Below, one piece after another: positions 29,400 through 38,774 of a DNA stretch of 54,441 nucleotides (within the stretch, counting starts at the first letter, position 1; each line of letters opens with the position of its first letter). The DNA lies in contig JBFHME010000004.1 in the NCBI GenBank assembly GCA_041594435.1, positions 1-54,441 of the forward strand, written 5' to 3'. A program made the translations under genes and the position numbers. The stretch comes from Acidimicrobiales bacterium (lineage in GTDB: Bacteria; Actinomycetota; Acidimicrobiia; Acidimicrobiales; SZUA-35). Below the pieces are notes generated by a model. It ran no database searches. It was not told the origin of the DNA and saw nothing but the letters and a program-made list of their open reading frames with translations.

Positions 29400-30891
29400 C
29401 CCATCATCCAACGGCGGCGACACCTCGGCCAACGGCGAGGGAGCCGATCAGGCCTTCCCTGTCGGGTTGGAGGACGACGCGGCCATGGTCGACTTCGACG
29501 ACTTCGCCGACGGCGAGTCCGACTTCTACGACGAAGACGACGCCCGGACCTGGCTGGACGGCGGCGTCGAAAGCGACCATCGCGGAGCGTTCGGCGAATA
29601 CGGCTCGACCGTCGACGCCGGCTTCCTCGACCGCGCTTTTCGGGAGCGAATCGTGCTGGTCGGAGTCACCGTTGCCGGTCGCACCGAAGCCGAGACCGAC
29701 GCCTCGCTCGACGAGCTGGCGTTGCTGGTCGACACCGCCGGCGCCGATGCCCTCGAACGGATCGTGCAGAAGCGGGATCGCCCCGACCCGGCCACCTTCG
29801 TCGGGCAGGGCAAGGTGCAGGAGATTCTCGACTCGTCACTGGCCATCGACGCCGACACCGTGGTGTTCGACGACGAGCTCAGCCCCGGCCAGCAGGTCAA
29901 CCTCGAACGCATGTTGAAGCGAACGGCCCTCGACCGCACCGCGGTGATCCTCGACATCTTCGCCCAGCACGCGACCTCGGCCGAGGGTAAGGCGCAGGTC
30001 GAGCTGGCCCAACTCCGCTACAACCTCCCCCGACTGCGGAATCGCAGGAACTTCAGCCAGCAGGCCGGCGGCATCGGAACCAGAGGCCCGGGTGAAACCC
30101 AGCTCGAGGTCGACCGTCGACGACTGGTCCGCCGGATGCACAAGCTCGAACGGGACCTGGCCTCGATCTCGGCCCGTCGGTCGAACCAACGTAAGGCCCG
30201 CCACCGATCGCCGTATCGAACCGTGTCGATCGTGGGCTACACCAACGCCGGCAAGTCGTCGCTGCTACGCCGCCTCACCGGGGCCGACGTGCTGGTTCAA
30301 GACCGCCTGTTCGCCACGCTCGATCCCACGACACGCAAACTGCAGCTTCCCGGCGGCGAGCAGATCCTGATGACCGACACGGTCGGCTTCGTCCGCAAGC
30401 TCCCTCACCAACTGGTCGAGGCGTTCAAATCCACCCTCGAAGTGGCCGTGGGCGCCGACCTGCTGGTTCACGTCGTCGACGGCTCGGGCCACGACCCGCA
30501 GGGTCACATCGACGCCGTGCGTGATGTGCTGACCGAGATCGGCGCCCACGAGATTCCACAGCTGATCGTGTTCAACAAGTCCGACCAGACCGACGACATC
30601 GCGGCCCGCGTCCGCCAGCACCCCGGTTCGGTGGCGGTCTCGGCGTTGACCGGTGAAGGCATCGAGGAGCTCCTGGAGGCCATCGGGGATCAGCTCCGAG
30701 TCGCCACCGAGTTGTACGAGCTGTTCGTTCCCTGGGCCAGGGGCGATCTTCTGGCCGCCACGCACCGTGAAGGTCAGGTGCTGAACGAGACATCGGAGGA
30801 GAAGGGCATGCGGGTCACCGCCCGGCTGGAGCCGGCCTCCGCTCAGCGTCTTGCCGATGTCGTGGTCACCAGGTTGCCCGACACCGCCTGA
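29392..30891 (+). CDS. hflX: Ribosome-splitting GTPase HflX with acidic N-terminal extension
   Basis: ILDIFAQHA, RGPGETQLEVDRR, GYTNAGKSS, LFATLDPT, DTVGF, NKSD. Start uncertain. Confidence 0.96.
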   Translation: MGNPSSNGGDTSANGEGADQAFPVGLEDDAAMVDFDDFADGESDFYDEDDARTWLDGGVESDHRGAFGEYGSTVDAGFLDRAFRERIVLVGVTVAGRTEAETDASLDELALLVDTAGADALERIVQKRDRPDPATFVGQGKVQEILDSSLAIDADTVVFDDELSPGQQVNLERMLKRTALDRTAVILDIFAQHATSAEGKAQVELAQLRYNLPRLRNRRNFSQQAGGIGTRGPGETQLEVDRRRLVRRMHKLERDLASISARRSNQRKARHRSPYRTVSIVGYTNAGKSSLLRRLTGADVLVQDRLFATLDPTTRKLQLPGGEQILMTDTVGFVRKLPHQLVEAFKSTLEVAVGADLLVHVVDGSGHDPQGHIDAVRDVLTEIGAHEIPQLIVFNKSDQTDDIAARVRQHPGSVAVSALTGEGIEELLEAIGDQLRVATELYELFVPWARGDLLAATHREGQVLNETSEEKGMRVTARLEPASAQRLADVVVTRLPDTA

Positions 30892-30953
30892 CGGTCCGAC
30901 CGCCCGACCGGTGGCCGGCATTCGGCGGCGAAGGACTCTACAGAGGAGACAAG

Positions 30954-32069
30954 ATGGGATTCGTCCCGCCCCCGTATCCCTACGATCGACTCAACGAGCT
31001 GAAAGCCGTCGGACAGGCATTCGACGGCGGCCTGGTCGACCTGTCGATCGGCACCCCGTTCGATCCACCGCCGCCGGCGGTCGTCGAAGCGCTGGCCGGC
31101 TCCGGCAGCGAGCGATCCTATCCACCGTCCATCGGCACGGACGCGTTCCGGTCCGCCGCGGCCGGGTGGTTGAACCGGTTCGTCGGGCTGACCGGCGACC
31201 GGGCCGTCGCCGCCACCGACATCCGGGCCACGATCGGGTCGAAGGAATTCGTCGCCGGTCTGCCGCACTGGCTTCGCCTCCGCACGCCGGAGCGGGACAC
31301 CGTGTTGTATCCAGCCGTCAGCTACCCGAGCTACGAGATGGGAGCCACGCTGGCCGGTTGTCGAGCGATCCCGGTGCCCGTCGATGATCAGTGGCGCCTC
31401 GACCTCTCGGCCGTCGACCCCACCGATGCGGCCCGGGCCCTGTGCCTGTGGGTCAACACGCCGGGCAACCCGGCCGGTGGTCTGGACGATCTCGATGCCG
31501 TGGCCGCCTGGGGGCGGGCCAACGACGTGCTCGTCGTGTCCGATGAGTGCTACATCGCGTTCACCTGGGACGGACGACCCCGTTCGGTCGTGTCGTCGGG
31601 CCTCGACGGGGTCCTGGCCGTCCATTCACTGTCGAAACGCTCGAACCTGGCCGGAGTCCGGGTCGGGTTCTACGTGGGTGATTCGGCGATCGTCCACTAT
31701 CTCGGCGAGGTGCGAAAGCACGCCGGATTCATGACTCCCGGACCCGCCCAGGCGGCGGCCGTCGCCGCGTTCGGCGACGAGGATCACGTCGAACAGCAAC
31801 GGAAACGCTACGCCGATCGCCTGGAGATGATGCAGCGGGTGGTGGGCAGGCTCGGAGCCGACGCGCCGCTCCCCGGGGGCGGTTTCTACCTGTGGGTACC
31901 GGCCCCCGACGGTGACGCCTGGGCGTTCGCCCGTCGCCTGGCCCATGAGGCGGGGGCGCTGGTCAGCCCCGGCGAGTTCTACGGCGAGGCCGCGGCCGGC
32001 CACGTGCGCATTGCCGTGGTGCAGCCGACCGATCGGATCGAATTGGTCGCCGAACGACTCGGCCTGTGA
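30954..32069 (+). CDS. dapC: N-succinyldiaminopimelate aminotransferase
   Basis: DLSIGTP.DP, GSKE, SDECY, HSLSKRSNLAG.R; next to dapD/dapE. Confidence 0.88.
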   Translation: MGFVPPPYPYDRLNELKAVGQAFDGGLVDLSIGTPFDPPPPAVVEALAGSGSERSYPPSIGTDAFRSAAAGWLNRFVGLTGDRAVAATDIRATIGSKEFVAGLPHWLRLRTPERDTVLYPAVSYPSYEMGATLAGCRAIPVPVDDQWRLDLSAVDPTDAARALCLWVNTPGNPAGGLDDLDAVAAWGRANDVLVVSDECYIAFTWDGRPRSVVSSGLDGVLAVHSLSKRSNLAGVRVGFYVGDSAIVHYLGEVRKHAGFMTPGPAQAAAVAAFGDEDHVEQQRKRYADRLEMMQRVVGRLGADAPLPGGGFYLWVPAPDGDAWAFARRLAHEAGALVSPGEFYGEAAAGHVRIAVVQPTDRIELVAERLGL

Positions 32070-32088
32070 GCGCCTTAGGATGTAGGCC

Positions 32089-32988
32089 ATGACGGTGACC
32101 GCAACTGGACACAGCTACCTCGACGCCGAATCCGGAATCCGACTCGACGTCTGGTATCCAGGAGACGGAATCGAGCCGAAACGGACCTGTCTGGCCGAAC
32201 GGCTCGACCTGATCCGTGGCGAGATCGTCACCACGACGATCGAGGACCTCGACGAACCGCCGGCTGATTCGGCCGACGCCTACTTGCGGCTCCACCTTCT
32301 GTCACGACGGGACGCCACCCCCAACTCGATCAGCGTCGACGGCATCTTCGGCCATCTGGCCAACGTGGCGTGGACCAGCGCCGGGCCCGTCCTGGCCGAG
32401 AAGCTCGATCAGCTTCGGGCGTCGGCCGGTGCCGAGGGCCACACGGTGATCGTTCGAGGCGTCGACAAGTTCCCCCACATGGCCGACTACGTCGTTCCCC
32501 CGGGGGTTCGCATCGCTGATGCCACCCGGGTTCGTTTGGGAGCCCATCTGGCCGAGGGCACCACGGTGATGCACGAGGGATTCGTCAACTTCAACGCCGG
32601 GACCCTGGGTCCGGCCATGGTCGAGGGGCGGATCAGCCAGGGAGTCGTGGTCGGAGCGAACTCCGACATCGGCGGGGGAGCGTCGATCATGGGCACCCTC
32701 TCCGGCGGTGGCAAGGAGAAGATCTCGATCGGTGAGAACTGCCTGCTCGGGGCCAATGCCGGCCTCGGCATCTCACTCGGTGACGGCTGCACGGTGGCCG
32801 CCGGCGTGTACATCACCGCCGGCACGATCGTGACCCTGCCCAATGGTGAACAGGTGAAGGCCAGGGAGTTGTCGGGCCGGCCCGGTCTGCTCTACCTGCA
32901 GAACTCGGCCACCGGTGTCATCGAAGTCCGCGAATCCGATCCCTCGCGCTGGGGTGGCATCAACGAGGCGCTCCACTCGAACCAGTAG
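32089..32988 (+). CDS. dapD: Tetrahydrodipicolinate N-succinyltransferase (actinobacterial type)
   Basis: [52 protein letters not shown]. Confidence 0.96.
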   Translation: MTVTATGHSYLDAESGIRLDVWYPGDGIEPKRTCLAERLDLIRGEIVTTTIEDLDEPPADSADAYLRLHLLSRRDATPNSISVDGIFGHLANVAWTSAGPVLAEKLDQLRASAGAEGHTVIVRGVDKFPHMADYVVPPGVRIADATRVRLGAHLAEGTTVMHEGFVNFNAGTLGPAMVEGRISQGVVVGANSDIGGGASIMGTLSGGGKEKISIGENCLLGANAGLGISLGDGCTVAAGVYITAGTIVTLPNGEQVKARELSGRPGLLYLQNSATGVIEVRESDPSRWGGINEALHSNQ

Positions 32989-33027
32989 CGCTTCGGCCGT
33001 CGCGGATTCGTCACGGACGACGTGCGG

Positions 33028-33423
33028 TCAGGAAGCCGTGACGGCTCGCTCCGCCCGCACCCGCTCCGAGGTCGGGATGTGAACACCGACGAACCAGACG
33101 CCCACGGCCCCGAGGACCACGATCAGGATGCGAACCCACCAGATGCCGATGGCGAAACCAGCACTGAACATGCAGGCGGCAACGATACAGGTCACGGCAA
33201 TCATCTTGGCTTTCCGGGGCATGCCCAGGCCGTCGCGGTAGTCGGAGACCATCGGTCCGACCCCGGGCAGGTTCAGCACCCATCGCTCCAGACGTGGACT
33301 GGACCGTGAAAAGCACCAGGCTGCACTCACGAAGAACACGGTGCCCGGCAGACCGGGGGTGACCAGACCGATCCAGCCCAACCCCACGAACAGCAGACCG
33401 GCTACCAGGTACAGCGGGCGCAT
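33028..33423 (-). CDS. YbaN/DUF454 family membrane protein
   Basis: LGWIGLVTPGLPGTVF...CFSRSSPRLE.W...GP...Y...GMPRKAK. Confidence 0.88.
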   Translation of the reverse strand: MRPLYLVAGLLFVGLGWIGLVTPGLPGTVFFVSAAWCFSRSSPRLERWVLNLPGVGPMVSDYRDGLGMPRKAKMIAVTCIVAACMFSAGFAIGIWWVRILIVVLGAVGVWFVGVHIPTSERVRAERAVTAS

Positions 33424-33761
33424 CAGCCGACCAGCTCGGCCACATCCTGAACGGCGAGTACCACCAGCAGGGCGATGACCGAGACGTGGATAGCGGTTAC
33501 CGGCATCTTGAAGCGATGATCGGCCCGCCAGAACCGGCGGATGCTGAACAGGTTGGCGGCGATGGCCACCAGGCCGATGATCAGCCCGAATCCTGCGCCG
33601 ACGCCGGGGGCCAGTCCGATGAACGGGGTCACAAAGGGGAGGATGATGTAGGCGAGTACGCAGCGGATCCCGGAGATGACCATGGATTTGCTGAACAGTC
33701 GCTCCGCCCGAGCACCGTCACCGGTCTGACCTTCCGGGGTCGTCGTCGTAGTCATCACCAT
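33423..33761 (-). CDS. Small hypothetical membrane protein (3 TM)
   Basis: AERLFSKSMVISGIRCVLAYIILP; stop overlaps the ybaN-like start. Confidence 0.75.
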   Translation of the reverse strand: MVMTTTTTPEGQTGDGARAERLFSKSMVISGIRCVLAYIILPFVTPFIGLAPGVGAGFGLIIGLVAIAANLFSIRRFWRADHRFKMPVTAIHVSVIALLVVLAVQDVAELVG

Positions 33762-33786
33762 TCAGGCTAGCGGGTAGCGTGGGGCC

Positions 33787-34851
33787 ATGGTCGACCTGCT
33801 AAGCCTCACATCCGAGTTGATCGCCATGCCCTCGGAGTCGTTTCACGAGGGTCCGTTCGTCGACTGGCTCGAATCCGAACTGTCCAAGCTCGAGCACCTC
33901 GACGTCGTCCGCGTCGGCGACAATCTGGTGGCCCGCACCAGCCTCGGGCGGGACCAGCGGATTCTGCTGGTCGGCCACACCGACACGGTCCCCGCCAACG
34001 GCAATGCCGTGCCCCGCATCGACGGTGATCTGCTCTGGGGTCTGGGGGCCACCGACATGAAAGGTGGACTCGCCGTCTTCCTCGACATCGCCCGAACGGT
34101 GGTCGATCCCGCGGTGGATCTCACCTTCGTGTTCTACGCCCGCGAGGAGGTGGCGCAGCCCCACAACGGCCTCAACGAGATCATCGCCGAACGTCCCGAT
34201 CTGCTGGCCGGTGACTGTGCGATCGTCGGAGAGCCGACCGACGCCGGCATCGAAGCCGGTTGCCAGGGGGCGATGCGGGTCGAAATCGTGTTGACCGGAG
34301 CCCGTGCCCACACCGCCCGACCGTGGATGGGCCGCAACGCCATTCATCGAATGACCGGAATCCTGGAGACGCTTTCCGGCTATGAGGCTCGAACCCCAAC
34401 GATCGATGGCTGCACCTATCGTGAAGCGGTCCAGGCGGTGTCCATCGAGGGCGGCGTCGCCGGCAACGTCGTGCCCGATCGGTGCGTGATGCACATCCAT
34501 CACCGCTTCGCCCCGGACCGCGATGCCGATCAGGCCGAGGCGTTTCTCCGGAAGCTCCTGGGACCCCATCTCGATGACGGCGATTCGTTCACCGTCGTCG
34601 ATGTTGCACCCGCTTGTGCCCCATCGCTGAGTCACCCCCTGTTCGCCGGCCTCATCGAGGCCAATGACCTGCCGGTGGCGGCCAAGCTCGGATGGACCGA
34701 CGTTGCCCGCTTCGATCAGCTGGGGATTCCCGCCACCAACTTCGGTCCCGGTGATCCCACCCTCGCCCACAACGCCGACGAACGCCTGGAGCGACACTCC
34801 ATCGAGACGGTCCACGCCGCCCTGATGGCGCTCATCACCGGGAGGGAGTAG
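33787..34851 (+). CDS. dapE: Succinyl-diaminopimelate desuccinylase
   Basis: GHTDTVP, GLGATDMKGG, REE, GEPT, AHTARPWMGRNAIH, GWTDVARF, GPGDP.LAH. Confidence 0.95.
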   Translation: MVDLLSLTSELIAMPSESFHEGPFVDWLESELSKLEHLDVVRVGDNLVARTSLGRDQRILLVGHTDTVPANGNAVPRIDGDLLWGLGATDMKGGLAVFLDIARTVVDPAVDLTFVFYAREEVAQPHNGLNEIIAERPDLLAGDCAIVGEPTDAGIEAGCQGAMRVEIVLTGARAHTARPWMGRNAIHRMTGILETLSGYEARTPTIDGCTYREAVQAVSIEGGVAGNVVPDRCVMHIHHRFAPDRDADQAEAFLRKLLGPHLDDGDSFTVVDVAPACAPSLSHPLFAGLIEANDLPVAAKLGWTDVARFDQLGIPATNFGPGDPTLAHNADERLERHSIETVHAALMALITGRE

Positions 34852-34854
34852 ACG

Positions 34855-36219
34855 GTGGCCGCCCGCTCGGCTCTGGACCGCGCCGGTCAGCTTCCGCCGC
34901 CGCTGCGGCTTCGCGCCGGCCGGTCGGTCACCGCGTCCGAGGCGGTCGCGCTCATTCCCGACGAGACCATCGTGTACGTGACCGGGCTCATGGGCACGCC
35001 GACGAAGCTGGTGAGCGCGATGGCCGACGCCTTCTCATCGTGGCGCAAGGTGACGACCACCTCCGATTACCTGCTCGAACCGCTTGCGACCTTCGTCGGC
35101 CCGCACGACGTCGCTGCCGAGCGGTGGCCGTTTCACCACGTGAGTGTGCAGCCCTCCGGGGCGATCCGTGGACTTGCGGCCGACCGGCGGCGGATCGTGC
35201 CGGCCCACTCGTCACAGTTCTACCGTTTGTACAAGCCCGGTGGTCCGCTGGCCGTGGACGTCGCCCTCGTTCAGGTCAGCGAGCCGGGTCCCGACGGTCG
35301 GTTCAGCCTCGGAGTCAGCGGGGGAGCGGCCCTCGAGGTGATCTGTCGAGCAGAGCTGGTGATCGCCGAGGTGAATGCGGCGATGCCATGGATCAGGGGA
35401 CCGGCCGCTTTCGAGCGTGACGCATTCGATCTTCTGGTCGAGGTGGAGCATCCGCTTCTCACCCTGCCTGCCGGCCCGCCGCCGTCGAAATCCGCCGACG
35501 GTGAGTCGATACCGGCCGCGATCGGCAGGCATGTGGCATCCGAGATCGCCAATGGATCAACAATCGAATACGGCATCGGCACCATTCCCGACGCCGCCGT
35601 CGAGGCGCTCGCCGGTCACGATGGGCTCGGCCTTCACAGCGGGTTGATCGGCGATGCGGCCATGGCTCTCATCGACGCCGGAGTCATGGACGGATCGGCC
35701 AAGAGTGTTGACGCCGGTCTGCATGTGGCCAGTGCGGTGTTGGGGTCGGCGCGGGCTGTTGAGTGGGTCCGTGGCCGCGACGACGTCGTCATCGTGGCGT
35801 CGAACTACAGCCACGGCGTACCGGCGCTCAGCCGTCAGCGCGGCTTCGTCGCCGTCAACTCGGCGATCGAGGTCTCGCTCGACGGTTCGGTGAACGCCGA
35901 ACAAATCGGCGATCGAGTCGTTTCCGGGCCGGGTGGACAGCCCGACTTTGCCGCCGGTGCGGCCCTGAGCGCCGACGGCCTGTCAATCGTGGCACTGCCG
36001 AGCACGACCGGTCCGAGCCGATCGGATCTCGACGCACCGTCGATCTCACGCATCGTCCGACAGCTCTCCGGCACGGTTCCGGTCACGGTGCCCCGCTATC
36101 TTGCCGACCGTGTCGTGACCGAGCATGGCGTGGCTCGGCTCCGAGGGGTCGACGGCCGGGTCCGAGCCGAGCGGCTGGCGGCCATCGCCGCTCCGGATCA
36201 CCGCCCCGGGCTGGGGTGA
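34855..36219 (+). CDS. Acetyl-CoA hydrolase/transferase family protein (4-hydroxybutyrate CoA-transferase-like)
   Basis: DVALVQVS, IAEVN..MP, YGIGTIP, NSAIEVSLDG, SGPGGQPDF, VVTEHGVARLRG. Confidence 0.88.
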   Translation: MAARSALDRAGQLPPPLRLRAGRSVTASEAVALIPDETIVYVTGLMGTPTKLVSAMADAFSSWRKVTTTSDYLLEPLATFVGPHDVAAERWPFHHVSVQPSGAIRGLAADRRRIVPAHSSQFYRLYKPGGPLAVDVALVQVSEPGPDGRFSLGVSGGAALEVICRAELVIAEVNAAMPWIRGPAAFERDAFDLLVEVEHPLLTLPAGPPPSKSADGESIPAAIGRHVASEIANGSTIEYGIGTIPDAAVEALAGHDGLGLHSGLIGDAAMALIDAGVMDGSAKSVDAGLHVASAVLGSARAVEWVRGRDDVVIVASNYSHGVPALSRQRGFVAVNSAIEVSLDGSVNAEQIGDRVVSGPGGQPDFAAGAALSADGLSIVALPSTTGPSRSDLDAPSISRIVRQLSGTVPVTVPRYLADRVVTEHGVARLRGVDGRVRAERLAAIAAPDHRPGLG

Positions 36220-36492
36220 GATCCGGCTGGGTGGCGACCAGCGATGGTCGACATGAAACTGTAATCAACAGCCCGTGGCCGTCGTACAGCCCGAGATCAT
36301 TGCCTTTGCCACGGCCAAGCTCACCGGCGGAGCGGGCGAATCCGGGGAAAGATCGGTTTCGGTCTGGATTCTTGAACGTGACGGCAGTAACATTTGGCCC
36401 ATTCCGCTTGCATGATTCGAACCGTGAGGGTCGGGTCGTTCATCGGGACATGGTTCTTGCTTGAGGGGGATGTGGGCTCCGGCCCACGCGGA

Positions 36493-36534
36493 TGAATTGG
36501 CTCAGAGTCCAACCTGAGCCAATTCACCGTTTTG
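36493..36534. terminator. Hairpin between convergent CoA-transferase and lexA
   Basis: 13-bp perfect stem TGAATTGGCTCAG/CTGAGCCAATTCA with an 8-nt loop, followed on + by ccgtttt. Confidence 0.7.
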
Positions 36535-36607
36535 TGGTCGGCCGGTTTTGGATGCCCGTGTGCCGGAGGACGCAACGGCTCCGCCGCGGACGGGAATGCC
36601 GGGCCGG

Positions 36608-37243
36608 CTAGAGGCGACGCATCACCGTCACCACCCGGCCGAAGATCTGCACCTCATCGGGGGAGAACTCCATGGGCTCGAGCGATGAGTTCGCCGGCAG
36701 CAGCACGATCCGATCGCCGGATCGGGTGAACGTCTTGACGGTCGCCTCCTCGCCGGGAATGCCGGCGATGACGACGTCGCCTCTGGCCGCCGTGTTCTGG
36801 ACCTCGGCGACCACGTAGTCGCCGTCGAGGATGCCGGCCTCGATCATGGAATCGCCGCGGACCCTCAGCATGAAGAGATCGCCGTCACCGGTCAGATCGG
36901 CCGGAACCGGCAGGGTCTCCTCGATGTGCTCGGTGGCCAGCACGTCGGTGCCGGCGGCGACGTCGCCGACGAGAGGGACATGGCGAACCGGACGACGTTC
37001 GACGTCGGCCGCCCCGCTGGTGGAGTCCCAGCGAACGCGAATGGCCCGAGTCTTGGCCGGGTCGCGCTTCAGATAACCGTGGCGCTGCAAGGTGGCCAGT
37101 TGTGAGTGCACCGACGATGGCGAGTTCAAGCCGACCTCGGCCCCGATCTCGCGAACCGACGGGGGGAATCCGTTCTCCCGAACCTGGTTCTCGATGAACT
37201 CGAGGATGGCAAGTTGACGTTTGGTGAGTTGGTGCTCGCCCAT
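36608..37243 (-). CDS. lexA: SOS repressor LexA
   Basis: LTKRQLAIL..GFPPSVREIG, VAAG cleavage site, GDSM catalytic Ser, ATVK catalytic Lys. Confidence 0.98.
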   Translation of the reverse strand: MGEHQLTKRQLAILEFIENQVRENGFPPSVREIGAEVGLNSPSSVHSQLATLQRHGYLKRDPAKTRAIRVRWDSTSGAADVERRPVRHVPLVGDVAAGTDVLATEHIEETLPVPADLTGDGDLFMLRVRGDSMIEAGILDGDYVVAEVQNTAARGDVVIAGIPGEEATVKTFTRSGDRIVLLPANSSLEPMEFSPDEVQIFGRVVTVMRRL

Positions 37244-37329
37244 GGCGAATCTCCCATGTTGCTGTGGAGCCGAGCGCCTGCCCTGCGGGGCCGGCTGCAC
37301 TCCGTGGTCGGTCACGGGACCTCTCGGTC

Positions 37330-37523
37330 CGAACAGGTGTTTGCATCGACCACTATGCCACAAGTGGCGTACGGGTGTTCGTTTTTGCTGAAATTTCCCG
37401 ACCACCCGAATCGTTCGCCGCACCGATCCGGACGGTGGAACGTCTGTTCGGGAATTCCGGCTCCACAGGTTGTGTACGAACGATCGTTCGGTACGATGGG
37501 GCTCTCGATCGAACACCCGTTCA
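37330..37523. promoter_or_regulatory. Four LexA (SOS) boxes in the lexA / LysM divergent promoter
   Basis: CGAACaggtGTTTG 37330-43; GGAACgtctGTTCG 37437-50; CGAACgatcGTTCG 37477-90; CGAACacccGTTCA 37510-23; -10 TACGAT at 37492-97. Confidence 0.88.
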
Positions 37524-37578
37524 GTGCCTCTCGCTTCGGCGGCGCTTCACTGTCACACCCCGCGAGGAGAATACGGCC

Positions 37579-38259
37579 ATGGTTGCTTCCCGTCATCCCA
37601 GCTCCCGTTCCGCCGGCTCCCGGGCCTTCGTCCGCACTGCCGGTGATGCCGGTCGGCCACCGCGACTCCGTTTGGTGGTCGACAACACGGCGGCTCGGTG
37701 GGATGCGCCGGGCGATCCGTCGCGCCCGGTGGCTCGAGCCGGCCGCGAGGCTGCTCGACGGGGTGAGCAGGGGCCGCACGCCGCCGTGCTGGCGGCGTGG
37801 TCGGCGGCGCCGGGCCGGCTCGTCGAGGCCAGGTGGAGGCTCGTCCGGCAGCGGTTGAGCAACCGCCACGGCCGGGTCCTCGCCGATCGGCTCGTCGAGC
37901 TCGCTCCGGCCGTTGGGCTCACCGCCGTGGTGGTGTTCGGCGGCCTGTTCGCACTGCGTGTCGCTCAGGAGTCGGCGTCGGCCGGATCGGTGGACGGGGC
38001 CATGGCCTCCGTTGCGGCGCAGGCTCCAGCAGCGGCCGCCCGGTCTGAGGTGGTGTTTCCGATGGGGGATGGCGTGACCGGTGCCGAGCCGGCGGTTGTC
38101 GTCGTTCACCCCGGTGATTCGTTGTGGTCGATCGCCACCACCCGGTTCCCCGACCGCGACCCCCGCCAGGTGGTCGACGCGTTCGTCGAGGTCAACGGGG
38201 GCTCGATGATCAGCTCGGGACAGCAGCTGATCATCCCGGCGTCCCTGCTTGAAGACTGA
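37579..38259 (+). CDS. Membrane-anchored LysM protein, probable SOS cell-division inhibitor (YneA/ChiZ/DivS-like)
   Basis: GAGGAG RBS, one TM, C-terminal VVHPGDSLWSIA...GQQLIIP LysM; divergent from lexA and upstream of nrdR. Confidence 0.82.
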   Translation: MVASRHPSSRSAGSRAFVRTAGDAGRPPRLRLVVDNTAARWDAPGDPSRPVARAGREAARRGEQGPHAAVLAAWSAAPGRLVEARWRLVRQRLSNRHGRVLADRLVELAPAVGLTAVVVFGGLFALRVAQESASAGSVDGAMASVAAQAPAAAARSEVVFPMGDGVTGAEPAVVVVHPGDSLWSIATTRFPDRDPRQVVDAFVEVNGGSMISSGQQLIIPASLLED

Positions 38260-38318
38260 TCCGTCGATCGTTGGGATCCGGTGCCCCTACCTTCATGTTG
38301 GCCGCTAGTTTAGGAGCT

Positions 38319-38774
38319 ATGCGGTGCCCAGTTTGTGTGCAAGCTGATACCCGTGTCGTCGATTCCCGTTCCACTGACGACGGCACGTCCATCCGGCGAC
38401 GCCGCGAGTGTGAGGAGTGCGGCCATCGATTCACCACCTTCGAACGCCTGGAGGAGGTCCCGCTGATCGTGGCCAAGCGCTCTGGTGGCCGGCAGCCGTT
38501 CGACCCCCGCAAAATCGTCACCGGTCTCCTGGCCGCATCGAAAGGCCGACCACTCACCGAGGTCGACTTCGAGGGTCTGGCCGCCCGGGTCGAGGAGCGT
38601 CTCCGGCACGAAGGGACCGAGACGACGTCGGAAGCCATCGGGCTGGCCGTGCTCGACGAGCTGGGTCGTCTCGATCAGGTTGCCTACCTGCGTTTTGCCA
38701 GTGTCTACAAAGACTTCGAGAACGTCGACGACTTCGAGCGCGAGGCTCGATTGATCAAGGTCGAACCCGGCTAG
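38319..38774 (+). CDS. nrdR: Transcriptional repressor NrdR
   Basis: MRCPVC...VVDSR...IRRRRECEECGHRFTTFE, ATP cone, AYLRFASVYK.F. Confidence 0.98.
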   Translation: MRCPVCVQADTRVVDSRSTDDGTSIRRRRECEECGHRFTTFERLEEVPLIVAKRSGGRQPFDPRKIVTGLLAASKGRPLTEVDFEGLAARVEERLRHEGTETTSEAIGLAVLDELGRLDQVAYLRFASVYKDFENVDDFEREARLIKVEPG

